Assembly (NCBI RefSeq): GCF_002571385.2 | Contig: NW_019218147.1 | Span: forward strand, 3,494 to 67,493 | Reading direction: 5' to 3' | Origin: Stylophora pistillata | Taxonomy: Eukaryota | DNA length: 64,000 nucleotides | Shown here: piece by piece, positions 13,418-24,079 of the stretch | How the letters are laid out: the number at the start of each line of letters is the position of its first letter | Numbering within the stretch: position 1 is the stretch's first letter | Translations under genes and position numbers: made by a program | Notes under the pieces: model-generated | Database searches by the model: none | The model's input: the letters and a program-made list of their open reading frames with translations, nothing else | What the model was told of the DNA's origin: nothing

Positions 13418-13439
13418 TCAGCAAGCATCAAGGAATAAA

Positions 13440-13535
13440 ATAATTTGAGTATATCAACAAAGTTGAAATGGTAAATTGGCCACCGTTGCGATTATAAAAG
13501 CTGACGTTTCGAGCGTTAGCCCTTCGTCGGAGCGA
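13440..13535 (-). mobile_element. Family-1 Penelope-like insertion with hammerhead motif (13500-13533) and 10-bp TSD
   Basis: TSD aaggaataaa at 13430-13439 and 13536-13545. Empty site at 3060-3069. Confidence 0.82.
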
Positions 13536-13791
13536 AAGGAATAAAGTTTGCCATGCCGACAGCTAGTTTCCCACTTTTAACAACTGCCTAAGTGACTGGC
13601 TTGGTCAAACGGTATTGTAAACTCTTGCGTTTAGGAGTCTCTTGGATTTAAGAGTCTCGTTAATGGAACGTTAGCTCTGTGAGATCTCTTCTGCCAAATT
13701 GTTTTTGGCGAAGCTTTTAAATAAATAAATAAATAAATGAATTTATATGATTCACAGATGATTACAGTCAAGCTCTTAGATATATCTTATA

Positions 13792-14338
13792 TGTTATGGA
13801 GACTGCCCGTATTGTCTACAAAATGCTGTGTCACATAATTACTAAATATAGAGATGAGGAAGTTTCTGGAACGCTTAGACATGCTGACTCATTCAGAACT
13901 TTTAATGGAACATTTTAGAACCCTTAATTAGTCAGCATATTTTGTTATGATGCAATAGTGATGTAATGATACTAAAAATAGTTGTATTACAGATCCTTGA
14001 AATATTCTAGAACGTTTTGAGAGGAGCTAGTGTTGTTACAGAGCCGGATAAAGATCGTTGCAATTCTATACTGTTACTAGAATCGTCAGCCGTGTGGAAG
14101 CCGGGCTACGTTGGGAAAAGTATTGTGGACATCGATAAGGTACAAGGATCTCTGAAGAGAGCTGTGAGTCGTGCAGTAGCGCACTGAGATTATAGTTTTA
14201 TAAGGGGCTCTAAGATAAGAGGATAGTTATTGTATTGGTTATTGGTATCGCTCCGTAGTAAGGTTACTACGTCATTGAATAAAGTAGTTAAGTTGGTACG
14301 AGTTGTATCTTTCTGGCGGTTGAGAAAATACCATAACA
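13792..14338 (+). mobile_element. Solo LTR (Ty3/Gypsy-like)
   Basis: TG...CA ends with an 8-bp inverted repeat tgttatgg/ccataaca, 4-bp TATA TSD, AATAAA at ~14278, and an empty site in the paralog at ~3208. Confidence 0.85.
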
Positions 14339-15123
14339 TATATCACTGTTTTAGAGCAGCCTCGTTTTATTGTATCTAAAATTTTTAAATTAGCACTCGA
14401 TGATGGTCAGCCAATAAATTTAAGGGATTTTTAGCTGTATATCCAAAACTGACTAAGACACGTAACGTTCAGTTGATTTCCGAAACTCGTGAATAATATT
14501 AATTTGAGACAATACTTTACATCTTATACTCATATACTGATAGGTATTACACGTCCTTATACCAAAAGAAACTTAGCTCAACGGTTCTAACCGTTGTTTG
14601 AACTCTAGCTCTAGGATCTATATTTTTGTGCCTATTACAGTCATGTAAATAAAGATAGAGTTTCTGATTAATATGTAATGAAATGAGAAAGTATAATACA
14701 CATGAAATCATAGTTAGTATGATGAAATCTAACCTTTAAGGTGAATACTACAAAAAATGGTTTGAAGCTGGTTACGTGTATATGTTCGACATTATATGTT
14801 ATCACGGTTATTCCTTTCCGCGTGCATCCATAACTCGATATACGCACCCTAAGCATGAACAAATTCTTAATCGGTACATTTTACCTAGTTGAGTATTCAA
14901 ATTTGCGTCACTTCTAAGTAAAGTAGAAAGACTTAAAACATGATATGTGACAACAAACCCAAATAAAGGCCTAGAGTAATTGGTTTCGGTATGTTTTACT
15001 TAAATGAGATATTCAAATTTCCTTCGCTTTCACAGTAAGTGGCCGCACTACGAATAGGGCTGCCTGAGACTTCCATAAGAGCAACGCTTGGCTTCAGCGG
15101 TCACTGAAGACCGCTTCTACGAA

Positions 15124-16128
15124 ATGGCAATGAACTTGAGCGTAACTGTGAATGGAACCCGGCCGTCAAACTGCTTTAATCCTACAGCAGAAAGAATTGG
15201 GCACACAATTGCTTATTGCCTTTTATTTTTTATTTCACTGGTTGGAAATTCCTTTATTGGAATAATTGTTTACAAGACAAAAGCTTTGCGAAAACCCATA
15301 AACTATCTTATTGTGAACATGGCTGTATCAGACCTCCTGTTGCCGATTATCTTGTTCCCGAAAACTGTAACAGAGATGCATGTCGATAATTGGTTAATCA
15401 GTGGCCATCTTGGCGAAGCTTTGTGTAAGCTTGTTCCTTTTATGTCCGATCTCTCTGTTGCCGTGTCAATTCAGAGCTTGGTACTGATAGCAATGGATCG
15501 ATTTGTAGCTGTGGTATTTCCCCTTCGTTCCCCACTCATCAGCTCAAAATTGTGTCCCTTCTTCATCGTCGCTACTTGGATCATCGCCATAGCTATAGTC
15601 ACCCCGTATCTGCTCGCGTTCAAACTTGTCGAATTTTCTCATCTGGAGTACAAGTGTGTGCGGCAATGGATGCGTGTATCTGACGATCCCTCGTCGGTGA
15701 AAAAATACTTTATGGCACTTTTTATCGTATTTTTTTACATCCCCTTCGTTCTGATGTTTATTCTTTACCTTGTGATTCTTTTGAAACTGAAGTTCCAAAC
15801 AAGTCCAGGCGAGCATTCAATGAACGCTCAAATTCAGCGTTCGAGAAGAAAGAGAAATGCGCTCAAACTGTCCGTTGCTATTGTTTTAGGGTTCGCTGTC
15901 TGCTGGTTTCCGTTCAGTATTTATACTTTAGCAATTTTTGCGGTTAAAAATAATTCTACAATACCCTGTGGAATCCTGTTATTAGGGCAATTTTGTCTGT
16001 TACTGAGCCGAACAAACAGCGCTATGAACCCCTGTATCTGTTTTATATTAAGTACAAATTATCGTCGAGGTCTTAAGAATCTCTTCAGTAACTCTTATGT
16101 TGCCAGGGCTAACAGAGATGCCATGTAA
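15124..16128 (+). CDS. Intact single-exon rhodopsin-class GPCR (neuropeptide-receptor-like orphan)
   Basis: ATG at 15124. GN (TM1), NMAVSD (TM2), DRF, FAVCWFP and NPCICF are all present, with N-terminal N-glycosylation sequons and an uninterrupted 7TM frame. Confidence 0.93.
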   Translation: MAMNLSVTVNGTRPSNCFNPTAERIGHTIAYCLLFFISLVGNSFIGIIVYKTKALRKPINYLIVNMAVSDLLLPIILFPKTVTEMHVDNWLISGHLGEALCKLVPFMSDLSVAVSIQSLVLIAMDRFVAVVFPLRSPLISSKLCPFFIVATWIIAIAIVTPYLLAFKLVEFSHLEYKCVRQWMRVSDDPSSVKKYFMALFIVFFYIPFVLMFILYLVILLKLKFQTSPGEHSMNAQIQRSRRKRNALKLSVAIVLGFAVCWFPFSIYTLAIFAVKNNSTIPCGILLLGQFCLLLSRTNSAMNPCICFILSTNYRRGLKNLFSNSYVARANRDAM

Positions 16129-16154
16129 CATGGTGGCAGGTGTTCTAGAATATA

Positions 16155-16405
16155 ATTAACAATTATTCCACGAGCGCGGGTTGGATATGAAATGATAGAT
16201 AGCCAACGAGGCGCTTAGCACCGCGTTGGCTATAGTCATCTCACATCCAACAAGCGCGAGTGGAATAATTGTTTAATTAAAAACGTTAAATTAAAATATT
16301 AATTTTTATTAAATTTTTTAGCTCCCTTTTAATTTTAAGCTGACTCGTACGCTTACCATAGTTGTAGATTATGGTATATTGGCTCATATAGGCATAATGG
16401 CTAAT

Positions 16406-16458
<53 letters not shown>

Positions 16459-16460
16459 TA
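16155..16460. repeat. Dispersed repeat with ~115-bp hairpin (MITE-like)
   Basis: aacaattattccac...gtggaataattgtt long imperfect inverted repeat. A similar architecture occurs at 36800-37115. Confidence 0.6.
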
Positions 16461-18199
16461 AGTATTATTTGTAAAACTGAATTGAAACCAAACGAAATAA
16501 ATCATTGAGAACAAGTAAAGAACATCTACAGGGATTTAGAAACGAATCTGTAGCCGTAAAGACAATTATTCTTGGGTGTGGACCGTTGATATGCATCAAG
16601 GAATCCTGTCAGTTGGACACAACGATGAAAATAACATATTAATCAAGCTGTAGCTGACAAAATCTAACAGTCGTCTGTATTAGAAAGGGCTTTAATTCTG
16701 TCGAATATGGGATATCATTTTTGTCTGGATTATTGTTAAAGACTAAACAAAACGCGGGAAGAAACTTATCAATTACTTTACCAGAGATACGACTATGGCA
16801 GACTATTTACCAGATCCCGAAGGTTCAATCATCAACTTTCTTTTTTGATAATATATTTACACCGCATCGTATGTTGCTTCCCTCTGTTATACAATGAAAA
16901 GAAATCTTTCATTTGGCCTCGTTTGATCAAACAGTTACTCATGCTAGTTAAAAAAACAGTTGAAAATACTTCTATGGAATTTACAAGTGTGCGTCATCCT
17001 GACGTCATTTCTCTTAAATGTATCTTGGGGGTGGAAAAACTATCTGAAAGAGGAAAGCTACTGATTAAATAATTCTGTTTAAATGAGGTTTGCACGGATG
17101 TTGCTCTTTTTTTTTTTCTTTTTTTTTTGATCAGTAACATTTAATAAAATCAAGATCTCAAGCCTCCTCCCTTTCACTGTCTTCACGAATTTGACCTGTT
17201 AGAGGCTTACAGTTAAGCAAAGACGCACGAGGAGGTGGGCGCACAAAAGATGGCAAGCAGCAGTTTCCCCAGAGTGTCAACAAAGTTTCAAATTCTACCG
17301 TATAATTGAAGTGAGGGAAAGGGCTACAAATGTTCCGTGACTCACTTACTTCGTCCAAGATAGTTGATAAATCAGTTAACGAGTAAAAAACAGATAATGC
17401 TTACTTCATACTTTACCCACTATAATTCAGGTTAAGATTTCCCACAAGATTACGCTGAAACATCATGGCCCATGATTGACGTTTTACACTGAAAAAGAAA
17501 ATTGAATTTGATTCAATCACTTAATGACCAGCCCCGAGGTAATGATATCATTATTACTTTGTTCAATTTATAATGGTATTTGAACCAGCTGGAGTGCAAT
17601 TTAGTCTGAAATCTTACGCGCCAAAAAAAAAAACAAAAAAAAAAAACAAAAAAAATCAGAAGTACGGATTTCAGACCGAAAGTTTTCACTCTGTCGCACT
17701 TTGTAATACCTGTCGCCCTGTTCCGCGTCATTTTGTAATAACGAAGTATTTTATGATAACCTACGCAAATGGTCGCGGCATTTTTTAATCACTAACATAT
17801 TTTGTAATAGGCACTGCAGCATCTGTCTAAAAAGGCGAGCTACCTACTTTTGTAAAACCTTTCACAAAATGGGTCGTCGTTACAATTCCGAAGGACACGC
17901 ATTGACTTTGTATGTCAGTAAGAGAAAAATCGTTTGCATTTTGTTTTAACACTGTAATGAAATAACCCGTCGCACTTCCAACAACGCTTACCGCACTTTG
18001 TAAGTAAACCCAATAGTAGCTTTACCAATGTGACAGCTTTATGATTACCAAGTACGACACGCGTTATTAAAAAGTGCGAGAAATATTATGAAGTGCAACA
18101 TTTATCACATTATGGGACAGGTATTACAAAAGCCGCCGATCATTCCAAAGTGCGACAAACAATTTCCGCGTTTGCGGATCACGCAAAAAATGCATCCTC

Positions 18200-19440
18200 T
18201 GTCTTTTATTGAAGATCCTCGGAAATCAAGTCATATGCTTCAGAAACTCGCTCTTTTATAATTGTATGAAAATTTTCTTTATGCTCTGGCCGGAAAAAAA
18301 GAAAGCCAATAATTAATGATCAATGATAACAATTAATGTCGATGTCGACTTAAATTATTCGTTTCCATAAAGTAAACGTTTTCAATTCAAAGTTCATAAT
18401 CATGTTTAGATAAGGAGAGAAAACTTGACCGCTTTTTTTTAAAAGCTTCAGTTGGTACGTACGTTTTCATTAAGTACAATGGAGGGCGACTCAAATTTAT
18501 TTGCCCTTCACCGCTTCGGCTGTATCAGAATCAAATATNNNNNNNNNNNNNNNNNNNNNNNNNNNNNNNNNNNNNNNNNNNNNNNNNNNNNNNNNNNNNN
18601 NNNNNNNNNNNNNNNNNNNNNNGGGGGCAACTGAAAAGATAAAAGGGTCAGATTTTGTGAAATCAAGTCATCTGTGTCAGAAATTCTCTCTCTTGTAATT
18701 GTATGAAAATTTGCCTCTGATGGCAAACGGCATGGAAAAAAAAGAATGATAAAAGAAGAGTGCCGATAATGACTTAAAGTAAACATTTTTAAATCGGAAG
18801 TTCAATAATATGTTCAAATAAAGGGAGTTTAATCTTACTCGCTTCGTATTACAGGCTCCAAGTGGTGTCCTGGTTTCAGTTTCAAAGTTTAATTGAGGTT
18901 TACTTAAAATTTCTCCTCCTTTCACCCTTTGACTCTGTCAGAATCATGGACATGGCTGGAAAAATGCCTGAAACGTCAGAATTCGTGAAGTCAACTCAGA
19001 TGATTCCGAAACTCGCTCAATTGTCCTTATATGGAAATTGTCCCTCTAATGGAAAAAAGAGATTCAGAAGACAGCCGATGTTGACTTAAATTATGTCTCC
19101 GTCTTTTAAAGTAAACGTTTTTAAACTCAAAGGTCGTCATCAAGTTAAAAAAAAAAAAAGACGAAACTCAATCGCTTGTTATTACAGGCTTCAGGTGACA
19201 CCCATTACCGGGTTTCTCATGTAACATAGAGGCAATAGAACTGAAAAAGAACGATAAAAAGAAAGCTGATATTGAATCCAACTATTTATTTCCTTTTTTT
19301 AATTTTCAAGAACAGATTCTAAATTCAAAGCTCGATAATCTGTTCAAGTATAGAGAATTGAACATGACCACCTTATTACAGGTTTCACGTGGCCGTCGGC
19401 GTGTTTTCATCTTTAAAGGCCGACTAAAAATTTCGCTTCC
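18200..19440 (+). repeat. Old degenerate tandem repeat (~300-430 bp units, 3-4 copies)
   Basis: Recurring motifs aaatcaagtcat..cagaaa.tc.ctc, gccgat..gacttaaa, aaagtaaac.tttt, and caggct.ca.gtgg at 18223, 18660, 18988 and ~19260. Confidence 0.6.
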
Positions 19441-19500
19441 CTCCGATTTTTAAAATTGGTCAGTCACGGTAGTTTACTTGATGCACATATGTATCTGAGA

Positions 19501-20544
19501 CTAATTTGTTTCACTTGCCCCTCGACGCTGGAAAACAACACTTTCTGCAGTATTGACTTGATTATTGAAGAAAGGGGAGCCTTGCGTTAGATTCTTGAAA
19601 CCTTGACGGTAATTTCCACTAAAAATCAAACATATGCAAGGGTTTATAGCACAGTTTGATTGAGCCAAAAGAAAGGCAATAACGGTGAAGTATTCGAAAC
19701 CTCAGAATGCGTTTTCGGATCTGAAATGCTTCGGTAGTAACCAGTGGATCGTATAAGGAAACCAGCACGCTGCAAACCCCAATACAATAGCAACAGACGT
19801 CTTAAACACATTTCGCTCCCTTTTCCCGCGTTGTTGCTCAATGTTGGTTGATCGTTCGCCTGGTTTCTTCTGGAACTTGAGCCTAAAACAAATAACTGTG
19901 TAAAGTATGGCAATCAAAACGAATGGAACATAAAATGAAACGGTAAAAACTGCTTGGTTATACTTTTCTACCGATGAGCTGACGCCAAAAGTATCACTCC
20001 AATTTCGCTCGCACACTAAACCGTCTGGATACTCAACAAGTTTCATTGTGAAGAGATATGGAGACGAAACGGCCATTGCGACAATCCAAGTTGCGAGGAT
20101 GAAGAAGGGGCACAGCCCTGGACTAATCAGTGGGGATCGGAGCGGAAATAGCACAGCCACAAATCGGTCCACTGCCATTAGAACTAAGCTTTCAGCAGAC
20201 ACAGAAACAGAAACATGGGGCAAGAACATTACAAGCTTACACAAGGCCAAACCAACAGGACCGCTGATCAGCCAAGGTTCAACAGTGAATAACGATGCCA
20301 CAATCGGCGGTATAAGAAAAATCGGCAAAAGAATATCAGATATGGCCATATTGACGATGAAAAAGTTGATGGATTTTCTTAGAGTTTTGGTCTTGTAAAA
20401 AATAATTCCAATCAATAAATTTGCAATCACTGAAACTACAGAAATCAAGCTGTAAATAACAGTGAATCCGATTCTTCTCACTGTAGGATTGAAGCAAAAT
20501 GTTGGCTGCGTACCATTTGTCGTTGTGTTAAATTTTTCCGACAT
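19501..20544 (-). pseudogene. GPCR with full 7TM frame interrupted by a single in-frame TGA (19702-19704)
   Basis: A 280-aa ORF runs to TGA, then the same frame continues GFEYFTVIAFLLAQSNCAINPCICLIFSGNYRQG...ETN* to 19501. Confidence 0.85.
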
Positions 20545-21739
20545 CCCTGGAGATCAAAGTATAACTCCAAAGCAAAGTATTTGTTAACCGTAATGGCACT
20601 CTTTCTATGTCGGAGCGAAGTGTTCGATGAATCCTACGCCCTGAATTCACAAAACATGAATAAAAGCAATTTTATAATTAAAGAAAAAAACAAACGTGAG
20701 TGTGTGGTTCTCCACAGTCGTATTTAAAACTGCACTTGTGTTATCGGCGGAGAACTGACGAAAGCGTATGACTTGAGGTCCCAGGTGATAACACCTTTAC
20801 CGAAACGTCAAAGAATCTTCCCGCCATGCATTACGTTTGATGCTGCTTTCTCTGTCTAAACCAATTTGATTTAGATGCGTGCTTCGGATAAATCGTCATG
20901 TGTGGTACATGTTTTATGTGAGTAGAATGACACAAGTTTTCCTCATCTTCATGGAATGTAGTTTATTTCTTGCTTAGTCATACTCAATACTAAAGGAATT
21001 TTACACAAAATATATTAAGTTTAAAGTTAATTTGTCTTGGGTTTTGTTATCCATTGACACAAATCAATTACCAAATTAATCATTTATAATCATGATTCCG
21101 CTGAGAGGAGACAGAAAGAAATTATGGCATTTCAATAAATAATCCTTTTATATTCTTTTAAACAAAATTGGGAATTTTCGTAACGAATGGTGTCGTACTC
21201 GGAACTCTCACGTCAGTTAAAATAATTTAGCGCGACTAAAATAGTTTTAAATTTTAGTTGAAATAAATTATTTACCTATATCAGAACGAGCTTCTCTTCT
21301 TCACCTCGTGTCATTTAAATTTGGGAAAAGTGGGAATGTTTCAATCAAGGTGAATAATGCCCAGGGCCACGTTATTCAAAACCAGATCAAGACTTTTCCT
21401 GAGTCGACTACATACAACTCATTGACATGGTAGAATGGTTGCCATGGAAGTTTAACCTTGCGTGCGCTGTGATTGGTCGGGAGATTACACCATAATTTGC
21501 ATCATCTTGATGCTAGCAAAAAGTAGAGTAGAGGCTTCCATCTTAAGGGAATTATTACCTCAACTTCGCCACAAACTTTGAGTTAAATCTCCTGATTGTT
21601 TCATTTCTAAAGCGGATTATTAATTATGGGAAATTAAAGATAACGTTGGTTGAGAGTGCTTTCGTGCATACGAAAAATTTTTCGATTCTCAGCGAGTAAG
21701 TGTAGTAAGGAGTACGTCAGTCCACTTCGTCCACTTCGC

Positions 21740-24024
21740 CTACATATTATGTTCCTGCAGAAGACAAAAAATTCAATAAAAAAATGTGTATTACAAGAGC
21801 TAGGTCATTTGTTTGTCCATTTTCAAAGTTAGCCTGAATTACTTAAGTTCGTCGTGCTCCCTCCATCCACAACCATCCTTAACATCCTTACTTTATTATT
21901 GCATCTCTTATATTTTCGAATCTTGATGACCTTATAGTTTGCATAAACCAGTCTTCTTATTCTATTTAGAAAGGTGTTGTTCGTCTTGTCACGAGCGTGG
22001 GACAGTGAAAAAAAATCTGAAACTCGAGAAAAACCAATTTCGCGCTCTTCTGCTCTGCCACTGAGCCACGGAGAACTTTGTGATAAAGGCCGTCACTAGG
22101 ATCACCTTTTACACGCATCATGCAAACTGTCAAGATCAGCGATGTAAAAAGCGTCATTTAGGTAAGCAAACAAATAAAAGAATGACTTACATACTTTCCA
22201 AACGTAGCTCCCTTACACAACCTCAGTAACTACCCAACATCTTCTTCCCCCTATTCATAGCCACTGTAACAATACTCCTCCAAGGCCTTACCATTACTGA
22301 AGGATAAAGATTCTTTTGCAGCTCCACGCCAAACTGGGCCTCCCACGGTTCCTTGATCACTTTGACCAAGGAGGAAAGGGTGGGGAATGTTTCTGTCTTC
22401 AAAATCCACTGACTCTCGCCGTTCCCCACGGGGGCGTCCTGTACAATAACAGTAAAGCGACCATATAACACTCCCATTTTAATTGACTTACATTGGTTAG
22501 CCTGCAGTAAATGGTTTGAACCCGGGGGTAACATGTGAAGGTGTAGTCTGATCGTCCGGGTGAGTGTAGTCCTGAGAAGGACTGTTGTCGGTGGTAGTGA
22601 CTGACGTTTCGACAACTACCACCCTTCTCAGGACTACACTCACCCGGACGATCAGACTACACCTTCACACTGTGGCTTTATGTACACAAAAACAGCTTTA
22701 TGCACAGGTTGTCGAAACGTCAGTCACTACCACCGACAACAGTCCTTCTCAGGACTACACTCACCCGGACGATCAGACTACACCTTCACATTGGTTAGCC
22801 TGTTGAATACCGCATCACTTATAGTAATAATAGTAAAGCTCAACATGACCGCAATCGTTAACTTCCTCATTGTCCTTACAATCCCTGACCATATAACACT
22901 CCCAATTTAATTGACTTACATTGGTTAGCCTGTTGAATACCACATTACTTATAGTAATAATATTAAAGCTCAACATGACCACAATCATTAACTTCCTCAT
23001 TGTCCTTACAATCCCTGACCATATAACACTCCCACTTTAATTGACTTACATTGGTTAGCCTGTTGAATACCACATTACTTATAGTAATAATAGTAAAGCT
23101 CAACATCACCACAATCATTAACTTCCTCATTGTCCTTACAATCCCTGACCATATAACACTACCATTTTAATTGACTTACATTGGTTAGCCTGTTGAATAC
23201 CGCATTACTTATAAAATCTTATTGTTAGTATAAAAGGCTATCAGTGGAATTTAACCAAGTTATACATCCAATTTGCTCAGCTTTTGTACCAGCTCCTACT
23301 CTTTGCATTCTTGTTCAAATAAGTTACTTCAAGTCCCGAGATCTAAGCTTAAGTCTTGTGGTGATCGAAGATTTTCTATTGCAGGACGTAAATTATGGAA
23401 CAGCAGATATGTATCTTTAAGAAATGCCGATTTCTTGAATTATTTCCAAAAACACTTAAAGACATATTTAATTCGCCAAGCCTTTTTCGATTTGTAAATA
23501 TATTTCTATTTAATTTCCATGCTTACATATGTAGTTGTTAGATTTTTCAGGTTTTTAATACATTTTGTGATATTGTTAAGCGCCTAGAGCAATTAGTGAT
23601 ATAGAAATAAAGTTTATTATATTATTATTATTATTATTAATTTTATTATCATTGTTTTATCAAATATCATTATTGTTTTATCAAATATCATTATTGTTTT
23701 ATCAAATATCATTATTGTTTTATCAAATATCAATGTTGTTAACTGTTATAATTGCAGTTACTATTATTATCATTATTGTTAGTCATCGCCATTATTATAA
23801 CTGTTAACATAATTATTATTATTATTATTAGAACTTTTAATGCTCTTCACATTCTTCTCATTACTATTATTATTTTCATTTTCATCTTCTCCCTTAAAGC
23901 TCAAGAAGTAAACGTAAACGAAGCGTGTTTTTTCTTAAATCTTTTAGCAGACATTTTAATGTATTTTTTGATATATAAGGTTTTTATCATAATTTTTGTC
24001 AATATTTTGGTGATTTTATTATTA

Positions 24025-24079
<55 letters not shown>

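Noticed and set aside
19380-19480. SECIS candidate downstream of the UGA-containing GPCR
   Set aside because: A GTGA...AA hairpin exists, but its base pairs are Watson-Crick (gact/agtc) with no 3' GA for the kink-turn quartet.
20750-20815. CTGACGA ... GAAACGTC hammerhead-like spacing upstream of a GPCR
   Set aside because: No convincing stem I or stem II closing pairs; likely chance or heavily decayed.
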